A DNA stretch of 64,000 nt, from positions 152,423 through 216,422 of the IMG/VR virus record IMGVR_UViG_3300009104_001210. One strand, written 5' to 3'. Below the pieces are notes generated by a model. The model saw only the letters and a list, made by a program, of their open reading frames with translations. It searched no databases and was not told the origin of the DNA. Each line of letters begins with the position of its first letter. Position 1 is the stretch's first letter. Shown here piece by piece: positions 1 to 9,204 of this stretch. Position numbers and translations under genes: made by a program.

Positions 1-167
1 ACACAACCGACCAAGATATAGAGGAAGCAGTATTAGAGGGTGCAAGAACATTTGAAGAAGTACAGAAGAAAACTAAAGTAGGAATAGGTAATCCAAAAGT
101 TCAAATGGATGTAGAACAATTACTTAGATTCTATGTAGAGAAATATTTTGGAGAAGATGCTTTATGA
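1..167 (+). CDS. 3' end of a protein with a BFD-like (2Fe-2S) domain, probably a NifU/IscU-type Fe-S scaffold (partial)
   Basis: Frame 3 reads TTDQDIEEAVLEGARTFEEVQKKTKVGIGNPKV..., resembling BFD-like C-terminal domains of NifU-type proteins; its stop overlaps the next start (ATGA). Confidence 0.6.
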   Translation, partial: TTDQDIEEAVLEGARTFEEVQKKTKVGIGNPKVQMDVEQLLRFYVEKYFGEDAL

Positions 168-490
168 TTACAGAAGCACAAGTTATAGAAAAGTTACGAG
201 GAGTTTATGATCCAGAGATTCCAATCAATCTATATGATTTGGGATTGATATATTCTATAGGTGTAGATGAGAATACAGTAACTATAGATATGTCATTAAC
301 TACACCACATTGTGGATTGAAGGATATGATTATAAATCAAGTAGTTATGGCAGTAGAAACAATAGAAGATGCAGAGTGTGATGTGAGATTAACATTTGAT
401 CCTCAATGGACACCAACTATGTTGAGACCAGAAGCAATTGAAGTGTTGGGTGAAAATCATCCGTTAGCACAAATGGCAATAGGAGTTTAA
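164..490 (+). CDS. DUF59/SufT (PaaD-like) metal-sulfur cluster assembly factor
   Basis: VYDPEIPINLYDLGLIY, MSLTTPHC and LTFDPQWTP motifs. Confidence 0.9.
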   Translation: MITEAQVIEKLRGVYDPEIPINLYDLGLIYSIGVDENTVTIDMSLTTPHCGLKDMIINQVVMAVETIEDAECDVRLTFDPQWTPTMLRPEAIEVLGENHPLAQMAIGV

Positions 491-491
491 A

Positions 492-575
492 ATGAGTGGT
501 TGGTTACAAATAATAGCTGCATTATCAATAGTTGTAGCACTTGGTTATTGGTTATTTTGGGGAGAGGATTTTTAA
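492..575 (+). CDS. small membrane protein (27 aa)
   Basis: AGGAG RBS; MSGWLQIIAALSIVVALGYWLFWGEDF. Confidence 0.5.
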   Translation: MSGWLQIIAALSIVVALGYWLFWGEDF

Positions 576-731
576 ATGAATGAATTTTTACATTTTATAA
601 AACATTTAATTGGTTTGTGTGGTGAAACTTCACATCCAAGTTTACTAATAAGTGGTGGAGCATTTCTTACCACAATAGGATTGTATTGGAAAAAATTAAT
701 AAGTTATATGAAAAATTTGGAGGGATTTTAA
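576..731 (+). CDS. small hypothetical membrane protein
   Basis: MNEFLHFIKHLIGLCGETSHPSLLISGGAFLTTIGLYW...; abuts both neighbours. Confidence 0.55.
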   Translation: MNEFLHFIKHLIGLCGETSHPSLLISGGAFLTTIGLYWKKLISYMKNLEGF

Positions 732-938
732 ATGGATATTAGAATAGAATATTGTGTTCAATGAAATTACAAACCAAGAGCTCGTAGTTTACGACAAGAA
801 TTAAGTGATACATTTGGTTATTGGGCTGAATTAAAACCTGGAGAAAGAGGAGCATTTGAAGTGTATGTAAATGGTAATCTAATTTTTTCAAAATTAAAGG
901 AAGATAGATTTCCAAATGAAGGAGAAATAGTATTATGA
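732..938 (+). CDS. SelW/SelT/SelH (Rdx family) selenoprotein with CxxU motif
   Basis: MDIRIEYCVQ-UGA(762-764)-NYKPRARSLRQEL...GAFEVYVNGNLIFSKLKEDRFPNEGEIVL; Rdx signature on both sides of the UGA; not in the ORF track. Confidence 0.9.
765..819 (+). promoter_or_regulatory. candidate bacterial-type SECIS element
   Basis: TCGTA-GTT-TACGA hairpin (782-794) with a G-starting apical loop 22 nt after the UGA; possible lower stem AACCAA(772-777)/TTGGTT(814-819). Confidence 0.45.
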
Positions 939-1027
939 ATCAAAAATTTGGTGATATGTTTGGGAAGTTCCTTATTCTATTTGGGATGTGGACTTTTATA
1001 GCATTTATGTTTGGAATAGGATACTAA
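935..1027 (+). CDS. small membrane protein
   Basis: ATGA-coupled to the selenoprotein; MNQKFGDMFGKFLILFGMWTFIAFMFGIGY. Confidence 0.45.
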   Translation: MNQKFGDMFGKFLILFGMWTFIAFMFGIGY

Positions 1028-1046
1028 AATATAAGGAGTTATTATA

Positions 1047-2054
1047 ATGAGTCATAAGTTAGAATATATTTGGCTGGATGGTGTAGAACCAACAGCGCAG
1101 TTAAGAAGTAAAACTAAAATAGTATCAAAGTTTGGTATAGAGGGTGGTGTAACAGCAACACAAGCACCAATATGGGGATTTGATGGTTCGTCAACACAAC
1201 AAGCAGAAGGTGGGAGTTCTGATTGTGTGTTGAAACCTGTAAGATTATATCGAAATCCATTGGAAGAAGGTACATTGGTATTATGTGAAGTATGGAATGT
1301 AGATGATACACCACATAAATCTAATACAAGACATGGTTTAGATAATACATTACAGAGTTTAGATCATGATCCAGAAGAGTGGGTTGGATTTGAGCAAGAG
1401 TATACATTATATGAAGGTGGAATACCTTATGGTTGGCCACCCGATTTAAGTGATCCATTACCACAAGGCGATTATTATTGTGGTAGAAATGCTGGAGAAC
1501 ATATAATGAAAGAACATACTGATGCTTGTATAGAAGCAGGTATTAGTATTTGTGGAACTAACGCAGAAGTAATGTTAGGACAATGGGAATATCAGATTGG
1601 TGCAGGTTCTTCATTAGAAATGAGTGATGATTTATGGGTTGCTCGTTGGTTAATGGAAAAGATTTGTGCTGAATATGATGTGGAAGTTGTTTTAGATCCA
1701 AAGCCAGTTAAGGGTGATTGGAATGGTGCAGGTTGTCATACTAATTTCTCTACTAAAGATATGAGAGGACATGGTGGAGATGAACTTATATTTAAGGCGT
1801 GTATGGATTTAGAGAAGGTACATAAAGAACATATGGCAGAATATGGTGAAGGAAACGAAAGACGACTTACGGGACTTCATGAGACTCAGGCTATAGATAC
1901 ATTTAGTTGGGGAGTTTCAGACAGAGGTGCTTCCATTCGTATTCCCTGGCAAGTAGATAAAGATGGTAAAGGATATCTTGAAGATAGAAGACCATCAGCG
2001 AATTGCGATCCATATAGAGTTTGTAAAAAGTTAATTGAGACAATTATTATATGA
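1047..2054 (+). CDS. glnII: glutamine synthetase type II
   Basis: LEYIWLDG, GFDGSST, GFEQEY, EVMLGQWEYQ, WNGAGCHTNFS, HET, RGASIRIP, YLEDRRP motifs. Confidence 0.95.
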   Translation: MSHKLEYIWLDGVEPTAQLRSKTKIVSKFGIEGGVTATQAPIWGFDGSSTQQAEGGSSDCVLKPVRLYRNPLEEGTLVLCEVWNVDDTPHKSNTRHGLDNTLQSLDHDPEEWVGFEQEYTLYEGGIPYGWPPDLSDPLPQGDYYCGRNAGEHIMKEHTDACIEAGISICGTNAEVMLGQWEYQIGAGSSLEMSDDLWVARWLMEKICAEYDVEVVLDPKPVKGDWNGAGCHTNFSTKDMRGHGGDELIFKACMDLEKVHKEHMAEYGEGNERRLTGLHETQAIDTFSWGVSDRGASIRIPWQVDKDGKGYLEDRRPSANCDPYRVCKKLIETIII

Positions 2055-2920
2055 CGACAATGATTTGGAGTGGGTGTTCCATGACATTTGGGAGTGGAAT
2101 ACTTTGTGATAAATCACAAAAGAAAAATGATAAACCAGAATGGCATCATCCTAAGCTTAAAGAAATGTTTTCTGATATTAAAACAGTTGGTGAGGCTAGG
2201 GAAGTTATAAAACAAATTAGTTATCCAATGCAATTAGGTAAAAGATTGGGTATGGATACTTATAATTTATCAGTTCAGGGTTATGGTATAGAATCACAAT
2301 TTAGAACAGTATCTTCATTTTTAATCAAAAATAAAGATAAAATTGATTATACTAAAACTATGTTTTGTTATCAGATTCCAGAGTTAAGTAGAGTTGAATT
2401 GTTAATGTGGGGGCCAGGCGAAAAAGGCTGGAAACGTTCAGATCCGAATCGTGAGCCAGAAATATTTTCGTTCAATGCTAATGAGTTACCAAAAGGATTT
2501 TTAACACAACATTTTAATATTGATTATTATATAGCAAAATATTTAATGACGATGTTAGAATATAAAGGATTTTTAGAATCAAAAGGTATTAAAGTTTTTT
2601 ATTTTGATCAACAGAATCAACTATATCCACTAATGATAACTAAGAATTATAGAAAGAAAAGTGATAAGTTTATGATGAAGAATATGCTATTTTTTAATGA
2701 GTGGAATCATGAACCTGTAGGATTTCCAAGTAAACAAACTATTTTAAAAGAGTTAGACATACAAGAACTAGATATGAAGAATCCGAATTCACCAACTGGT
2801 AGGGAAATTGCAATTGAAACTTTATATGCAGGTGGTTTTCATGAGGATGGCCACTATTCACCTAAAGGACATACACAATTAGCTGAAGTATATGAGAGAT
2901 TTTTTTTAAAAATATTATGA
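2051..2920 (+). CDS. SGNH-hydrolase-like phage protein
   Basis: N-terminal WSGCSMTFG and C-terminal DGHYSPKGH. Confidence 0.55.
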   Translation: MTTMIWSGCSMTFGSGILCDKSQKKNDKPEWHHPKLKEMFSDIKTVGEAREVIKQISYPMQLGKRLGMDTYNLSVQGYGIESQFRTVSSFLIKNKDKIDYTKTMFCYQIPELSRVELLMWGPGEKGWKRSDPNREPEIFSFNANELPKGFLTQHFNIDYYIAKYLMTMLEYKGFLESKGIKVFYFDQQNQLYPLMITKNYRKKSDKFMMKNMLFFNEWNHEPVGFPSKQTILKELDIQELDMKNPNSPTGREIAIETLYAGGFHEDGHYSPKGHTQLAEVYERFFLKIL

Positions 2921-2997
2921 TAGAAAATTTATTGAATGTTATATAATATCATACTATTTATTAATGATTATGAGTATTATTATAGGGAGTAAAAAAA

Positions 2998-3321
2998 ATG
3001 GATTTAACAATAGAATATAATAAAAAATATAAAAAACATGCTTTAGAATTAGAAGAATTGTTAGAAGATGTTGATGCGTGGGATCCACACAGGTCAACTA
3101 TTTCACCTGAAGGTCAATTGAATGTGGAATTGATATTATCTGATAACGATATTTTTGAGGTGCAACACGCAGACTCAGAGATACTTTATGACAATACAGA
3201 TGTAGTTTGTGCTGATGTGATTGAAGCTTTGTTGTTAGAAGGTACTGATATGGAATCTATACCAGAAGATGACGGCACACCCGTACCTCTTCGACCTTCA
3301 AGTGAAAAATCTGAGGAATAA
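2998..3321 (+). CDS. acidic protein, putative Cys-less Rdx/SelW-fold paralog
   Basis: MDLTIEY..KYKKHA..L..LL resembles the selenoprotein N-terminus; shares WDP and VEL with the next ORF. Confidence 0.5.
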   Translation: MDLTIEYNKKYKKHALELEELLEDVDAWDPHRSTISPEGQLNVELILSDNDIFEVQHADSEILYDNTDVVCADVIEALLLEGTDMESIPEDDGTPVPLRPSSEKSEE

Positions 3322-3323
3322 TT

Positions 3324-3695
3324 GTGCTATTTGAAATTGTATATAAAAGTGATTATCAAACTCAAGCAGATGCAATAAAATCAACTTTACAAGAATATTC
3401 AGGTTCATTATGGGATCCAGATAGTATATTACATTCGACGGGTAGTTATATTGAAGTTGAATTAACATCTACTGATGATGACGATCTTAGTGTACATAAT
3501 TTAGAAATATTACATGAAGATGGATATACTTATCCATCGGGTTCTGCACATCCATCAGCAACATCAGAAAATTTAATATGGAGTAAATCAACTAAGGTTA
3601 TTAAACGAACAGGAGACGATTGGCCAGATGAAGGAGAAATAGAAGATGCGATATGGGGAACACACAGACCACATCAAGCAGAAGGGGAAGATTAA
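3324..3695 (+). CDS. Cys-less Rdx/SelW-fold paralog
   Basis: C-terminal NLIWSK...WPDEGEIEDAI matches Rdx NLIFSK...FPNEGEI; no CxxC/U. Confidence 0.6.
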   Translation: MLFEIVYKSDYQTQADAIKSTLQEYSGSLWDPDSILHSTGSYIEVELTSTDDDDLSVHNLEILHEDGYTYPSGSAHPSATSENLIWSKSTKVIKRTGDDWPDEGEIEDAIWGTHRPHQAEGED

Positions 3696-3696
3696 A

Positions 3697-3909
3697 ATGA
3701 ATAATGGATATAGGTTTATATTATTCTTTATATTAGGATTTTTCATGGCAACTACAATTGGTTGTATAAGTATACAACCTACTTCAGAAGATACAGGTTG
3801 GCCAGGAGAGTTTACACCACAATGTTGTAAAGGACAAGAAACACATACTTGTGGTATGCCAGGAATGACAGGTAAACCATTACCATTACCGAAAGGAAGA
3901 GAAAAATGA
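3697..3909 (+). CDS. small Cys/Pro-rich putative lipoprotein
   Basis: Hydrophobic N-terminus ending TTIG-C; likely start ATG 3697. Confidence 0.45.
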   Translation: MNNGYRFILFFILGFFMATTIGCISIQPTSEDTGWPGEFTPQCCKGQETHTCGMPGMTGKPLPLPKGREK

Positions 3910-4097
3910 GAAATTGGGTATATTATATGCAAGAAGGATTAAAGTCTATGTGGAAAAGTAAAGAAGTACCAGATTATAGAGAAAAAGAATATCCATACAA
4001 TATAGAATTTGGTGATGGTAGAACAAAAAAAGAAATGGATAAGATGCAAAAAGAATTAATGGAATGTGGTTGTTTACCTGATTGTGGATGCAAATAA
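3906..4097 (+). CDS. hypothetical protein with C-terminal CGCxxxCGC motif
   Basis: ORF track; ATGA coupling. Confidence 0.5.
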   Translation: MRNWVYYMQEGLKSMWKSKEVPDYREKEYPYNIEFGDGRTKKEMDKMQKELMECGCLPDCGCK

Positions 4098-4111
4098 TGA
4101 TATAGTTTTTA

Positions 4112-4582
4112 ATGAGTTATAAAATAGAGAGTTATACAAGAGAAGAATTAGAGTTATTTCCGAATGATGAATATGGATATGTTAAACAGAGAGTATGGTC
4201 TACTGGACAACTTAGTACACTTGAATACTTTGATAGAAATTTTGTAAAAATTTATTTAATAAGAGATGAAAATTTAAAAATAATAGCCTTTTCTTGTGAA
4301 AAAATACCAAGATATGAAGGCTTTGATTTTGAATGGGGATACTCATATGTTGAACCAACATATAGAGGAACTCGATGTTACTTTAAATTATGTAAATATA
4401 AAAGAGATGAGGCTCGACAACAAGGTTTGATTGGTTATACAATATGTTTAAAATCTCAACCCGCTACTGTAAAGTGTGGTAAAATCCTTTGTGATATTAA
4501 AATAGATAATCCATTACATCTTGGAGAAACAGAATCATCTTTTGATAACGAAAATTTAGAATTTTGGGGAATGATGTTATGA
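4112..4582 (+). CDS. GNAT-family acetyltransferase-like protein
   Basis: YSYVEPTYRGT resembles GNAT motif A. Confidence 0.55.
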   Translation: MSYKIESYTREELELFPNDEYGYVKQRVWSTGQLSTLEYFDRNFVKIYLIRDENLKIIAFSCEKIPRYEGFDFEWGYSYVEPTYRGTRCYFKLCKYKRDEARQQGLIGYTICLKSQPATVKCGKILCDIKIDNPLHLGETESSFDNENLEFWGMML

Positions 4583-5844
4583 ATGTAGCAATAAAATATA
4601 TTTGGCAGCCAGATCCAGATATAGTTAAATTTGAAGAACTGTATCTAAAACAAGAAACAGATACATATAAAATAAAACTAACCGATTTACCAATTAAAAA
4701 TAGTAAAGAATTGACGAAACGTGAACTACAAACGATTGATTCTGATATAGTGAAACGTGGTTTTATTTTAAAACCAATAGGAATTTGGTCAGATCCTTTA
4801 GAAGATGATACTCCTGATAAAGCACATTATTTAGTATTATGTGAAGATGGTGTATCTAAAGACTCATACCGTGATAAGTTAAAAAAATTATTAGAAAAAA
4901 CAAATTTCTATAATCCCTGGGTTGGAATAGAACAAGAGTATTATCTTTTTCCAAATGAAGATACTACTTCCCCATCAGAACAAGAATTATTTAATATACA
5001 AACATCTGAAGGAGTATGTCAAACTGTTCAAAAACTTCTTGATAACTCAACTCGAAAAAATAATAGAAGATTACTTGAACACTTATGTGTTTATTCTAAA
5101 AACGAATTATCATCATTGGATACACAAGATGATATAGTTTTTGCTTGTGCTAAAATGGGTTTAAAAGTTAATAGGGTACAGGCAGTTAAAGAACAAGGTC
5201 CTGGACATTGGGAAGTACAGTTTGGTCCTACAGAACCATTACAAACTTTAGATGAAACAATGATTGGTCGTTATATTATATGGAAAATAGGTAATGAAGA
5301 ATTAACTGTTTCATTTGAACCAAAACCAAAAGGTTGGTCTGTAGAATATGATCTTTGGGCAGGTTCTGGATTACATTTTAATTATTCTAATGATAAAACA
5401 AGAGCAGAAAGTGTTGAAGATTATTTAGATATTAAAAAAGCTGAAGATAATCCATCATCAATAATTGAAATGGATAAAGAAGAGAGAATAAATCTTATTA
5501 AAAAAGCACCATATACTAAAGCATTATTAAAACAATTAGCTAAAAATCATAGAAAACACGTAACTGAATATGGTATAGGAAATGAAAAAAGACAAGATGG
5601 TGATCACGGAACTACTACTGGTAATGTATTTGTTTTATCAAAAGAAATAGATAATAAAAATGTTTCTGTTAGAATAGTAACTATGGGTTTGAATAAAAGA
5701 TTATTATCCGACGAAGATTATTATGGATTATATCTTGAAGATAGAAGACCAAGTGCAAATGCTAATCCATATAGAGTTGCTTTAAGATATTTCGAAACAG
5801 TTGCAGAAATGCAAAAGAATAATGAAGGTAAAAAAACTAAATAG
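4579..5844 (+). CDS. divergent glutamine synthetase II-like ligase
   Basis: KYIW, GIEQEYY, GPGHWEVQFG, GSGLHFNYS, LYLEDRRPSANANPY; start moved to ATG 4579 (ATGA overlap). Confidence 0.85.
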   Translation: MNVAIKYIWQPDPDIVKFEELYLKQETDTYKIKLTDLPIKNSKELTKRELQTIDSDIVKRGFILKPIGIWSDPLEDDTPDKAHYLVLCEDGVSKDSYRDKLKKLLEKTNFYNPWVGIEQEYYLFPNEDTTSPSEQELFNIQTSEGVCQTVQKLLDNSTRKNNRRLLEHLCVYSKNELSSLDTQDDIVFACAKMGLKVNRVQAVKEQGPGHWEVQFGPTEPLQTLDETMIGRYIIWKIGNEELTVSFEPKPKGWSVEYDLWAGSGLHFNYSNDKTRAESVEDYLDIKKAEDNPSSIIEMDKEERINLIKKAPYTKALLKQLAKNHRKHVTEYGIGNEKRQDGDHGTTTGNVFVLSKEIDNKNVSVRIVTMGLNKRLLSDEDYYGLYLEDRRPSANANPYRVALRYFETVAEMQKNNEGKKTK

Positions 5845-6490
5845 TTATAAAGAATTAAGTTCAACTGTAGCAGATATAGTTGAGGAACAGCTTGTAGAAA
5901 AAGTTTTTCAACAACTAGTCCTTCCTACAGGTAGTACACCAATCGGATTATATAAAGAACTTGCTAAAAGAAATTTAAATTGGTCTTATGTTAGAACATT
6001 TAATCTTGATGTTTATATTATGAATCCAAATCATTCACAAAGTTATCAAACATTTATGAAGGAAAATTTATTTAATAGAATTAATATCTATCCTGATAAT
6101 TGTCATTTCCCATTTAGACCTACTTTAGCATATGAAGATAAAATAAATTATTTTGGTGGAGTTGATTTGTGTATATTGGGTATAGGTAGTAATGGTCATA
6201 TAGCATTTAACGAACCTGGTTCTTCATTTAAGTCAAGAACAAGAGTAGTAGATTTAGACGAACAAACTATACAAGACAATTCAAGATTTTTTGATTCAGT
6301 AGATGATGTACCTAAACAAGCAATAACTATGGGAATAGGAACTATAATGGAATCAAAGAAAATAATATTAATGGCAAGTGGAGATCATAAAAAAGACATT
6401 TTAGAAAAAGCATTAAATGGTAAAGTAACTGAAGATGTACCAGCATCAGTATTACAAACACATAAAAATGTAGAAGTGTATTATCATTGA
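5822..6490 (+). CDS. nagB: glucosamine-6-phosphate deaminase
   Basis: LPTGSTP, TFNLD, LGIGSNGHIAFNEPG, SRTR, AITMGIGTI. Confidence 0.92.
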   Translation: MKVKKLNSYKELSSTVADIVEEQLVEKVFQQLVLPTGSTPIGLYKELAKRNLNWSYVRTFNLDVYIMNPNHSQSYQTFMKENLFNRINIYPDNCHFPFRPTLAYEDKINYFGGVDLCILGIGSNGHIAFNEPGSSFKSRTRVVDLDEQTIQDNSRFFDSVDDVPKQAITMGIGTIMESKKIILMASGDHKKDILEKALNGKVTEDVPASVLQTHKNVEVYYH

Positions 6491-7290
6491 AGTATAAAAG
6501 ACTTATAGTTAATGGTTGTAGTTTCACTGCGTGTGATGGAGATGGTGTTACACCTGAAATAAATGGGTGGCCAGCAGTATTAGGAGAAAAATTAGGAGCT
6601 GAAGTAACAAATATTAGAATTGATGAAAAAAAATTTAGTAAATTTTTACCTGGTCCAAGTACTGCAGGTGGATCTAATGATAGAATAATTAGAACTACTT
6701 TAGATTGGGTATCACAATTGTGGCCATGGAAAGAACAGGAACTTAAAAAACAAATTATTACTAAAAATTTTAAAGACAGTTTGTTTATTATTGGTTGGAC
6801 AGAATTTACAAGATTTGAAATGTTTAGTAATTTAACTAAACAATATTTGAGATCAAGTAAAATACGTCATAGAGAATGGAAAAAAGAGTTTTTAAACGAA
6901 AGTGATCAATTTAGAAAATATTTAGAACAAATAATTTTTTTACAATCTTGGTTTGAAGCACATGAAATATCATATTTATTTTTTGATGCATTAGAAAATT
7001 TATTAAGTCCACTTTGTAAAGAATATAGAAAGAATAATAGTAATTTATTTCAGTTGGTTAATTTAGATAATTGGGTTCATAGTAAAGGACATTATTGGTC
7101 TTGTAAAAGTTACTTAGAAACCCTTTGTGATTCTAAAGATATATTATCGGGACTCACAATATCAGATCGTCCATTAAGAGAAGAAATTATAGAAGGCCAA
7201 TTTGGATTGTTAAGAGGTCATCCAAATGTTCTTGGGAATGAGAAATGGGCTGAAGTTTTGTATGAAAACATACGAACAAAAAAAATATAG
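6487..7290 (+). CDS. SGNH-hydrolase-like phage protein
   Basis: LIVNGCSFT, GGSNDRIIR, GHPNVLGNEKWA. Confidence 0.6.
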   Translation: MKYKRLIVNGCSFTACDGDGVTPEINGWPAVLGEKLGAEVTNIRIDEKKFSKFLPGPSTAGGSNDRIIRTTLDWVSQLWPWKEQELKKQIITKNFKDSLFIIGWTEFTRFEMFSNLTKQYLRSSKIRHREWKKEFLNESDQFRKYLEQIIFLQSWFEAHEISYLFFDALENLLSPLCKEYRKNNSNLFQLVNLDNWVHSKGHYWSCKSYLETLCDSKDILSGLTISDRPLREEIIEGQFGLLRGHPNVLGNEKWAEVLYENIRTKKI

Positions 7291-7439
7291 AAGGAAAGAG
7301 ACGTTAGGTGAATATTTATCTAGGAGACTTAATAAAAATATAGATCCTGACGAATTAGATTTCTATATTCAACAATATAAGATAAAGGAAGGTCATTCAG
7401 AATGGTCAGAACGGTTTCAAAGAAATTTTTGGGTAGAAG

Positions 7440-7763
7440 ATGAAGACTAAATGTTTATTATGTACTGCTTTAACTGAGCCGGGTCAAGGATTCTATGACC
7501 ATTTAGAAGATGTTCATATGATGCCTATTAGGCGGAAGAGAATTGTACAACCTGAGAATTGGATTCATGGTATGTCTTTAGAGAAAAAGGATATGATGAG
7601 AGAAGAAACACACGATGAATGTATGGAAAGATTTAAATTTAATCATCCTGAATATGGTACTGAACAATGTTGGTGTCCTGATTGTCTTGGTGGAGAAACA
7701 TTAGAAATGGTAAATAAAATTTGTTCTAAACATGGACAACTTTATATAAAGGGTAAACATTGA
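7440..7763 (+). CDS. Cys/His-rich protein with C2H2-type zinc-finger spacing
   Basis: C-LL-C-x12-H-LEDV-H at the N-terminus; CWCPDC later. Confidence 0.5.
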   Translation: MKTKCLLCTALTEPGQGFYDHLEDVHMMPIRRKRIVQPENWIHGMSLEKKDMMREETHDECMERFKFNHPEYGTEQCWCPDCLGGETLEMVNKICSKHGQLYIKGKH

Positions 7764-7764
7764 A

Positions 7765-9204
7765 GTGTGTGGCATAGCAGGTATTTATAGTCATAGGTCT
7801 GTAGCACCAGAATTGTATGAGTGTATAGTTCATTTACAACATAGGGGACAAGATGCCGCAGGGATGATGACATATGATGAACGTATGCACAAACATAAAG
7901 GATTGGGATTAGCTAGAGACGTATTTACAAAAAATAATATATCTTTACTTAAAGGTAATGTTGGTATTTCACATAATAGATATCCTACACATGGAGAGTT
8001 TGGTCATGGTGAGATACAACCCGTATGGACTTCCGTACCATATGGAATAGCAATAGCACATAATGGACAGATAACAAACTATGATGAATTAGTAGAAGAA
8101 GTTACACAAAAGGAAAAGAGATATCTTAATACCACAAGTGATACTGAAGTTTTATTACATATATTAGCAAATGAATTAGATAAGAATGGAATACCAAAAA
8201 CTTCAGAAGAGTTTTTTAATCATTTATGTGAGGCAGTTAGTACTATATTTACAAAAGTTAAAGGGGCTTATTCTGTTACAGGTATTATTGTTGGAAAAGG
8301 ATTAATTGTTTTTAGAGATCCACGAGGTATTAGACCATTAGTTAAAGGTGAAAGAGATGATAACGGTAAAAAGGAGTATATCTTTTCATCAGAAAATACT
8401 ATGTTTTATTCATTAGGTTATGAACCAAAGGGTAATGTATTACCTGGAGAACTTATTTACATAGATGAAAGTGGTAAGTATTTTAGCAAACGATTAGTTA
8501 AGGAAGAATTTAATCCTTGTATATTTGAGTATGTATATTTTTCACGACCAGATGCAGTACTGAATGATGTAGGTGTGTATCGTTCAAGATTGAGAATGGG
8601 TCAGAATTTAGCATATGCATGGATGAAGAAGTATCCATATATAGTACCTGATATAGTTATACCTGCACCGAGTACGGCAAATACCGCCGCATTATCATTT
8701 GCTCATGAAATAGATGTTAGATATTCAGAAGGATTGTATAAGAATCCGTTTGTTGGTAGAACATTTATTATGCCAGGACAAGAAGAACGTAAAAGTTCTG
8801 TTAAACATAAACTCGTACCACAAGATACAGAGATACGAGATAAGAAAGTATTAATAGTAGATGATAGCATTGTTCGTGGTAATACAAGTAAAGAGATAGT
8901 AAGAATGGTAAAAGATTTTGGAGCAAAAGAAGTGTATTTTGTTAGTGCTTGTCCACCAATAAAACACCCTTGTTATTATGGTGTTGATATGCCAACTAAA
9001 GAGGAATTAATTGCTGGAATTAATAAAATAGATACTATTAAAAAAGATTTAGGAGTTGATATTTTACTATATCAAGAGATAGATGATTTAGTTGAAGCAG
9101 TAACACGAAGAGGTGATCATCATATAGAGAATCCATGTATGGCTTGTCTTGATGGACACTATGTAGTTAATGGAAGAAAAGTTCATGAATTGGTACTTAA
9201 TTAA
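7765..9204 (+). CDS. purF: amidophosphoribosyltransferase
   Basis: N-terminal CGIAG, QHRGQD, HNGQI, PCIFEYVYF, VDDSIVRGNTS, terminal CMAC. Confidence 0.96.
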   Translation: MCGIAGIYSHRSVAPELYECIVHLQHRGQDAAGMMTYDERMHKHKGLGLARDVFTKNNISLLKGNVGISHNRYPTHGEFGHGEIQPVWTSVPYGIAIAHNGQITNYDELVEEVTQKEKRYLNTTSDTEVLLHILANELDKNGIPKTSEEFFNHLCEAVSTIFTKVKGAYSVTGIIVGKGLIVFRDPRGIRPLVKGERDDNGKKEYIFSSENTMFYSLGYEPKGNVLPGELIYIDESGKYFSKRLVKEEFNPCIFEYVYFSRPDAVLNDVGVYRSRLRMGQNLAYAWMKKYPYIVPDIVIPAPSTANTAALSFAHEIDVRYSEGLYKNPFVGRTFIMPGQEERKSSVKHKLVPQDTEIRDKKVLIVDDSIVRGNTSKEIVRMVKDFGAKEVYFVSACPPIKHPCYYGVDMPTKEELIAGINKIDTIKKDLGVDILLYQEIDDLVEAVTRRGDHHIENPCMACLDGHYVVNGRKVHELVLN

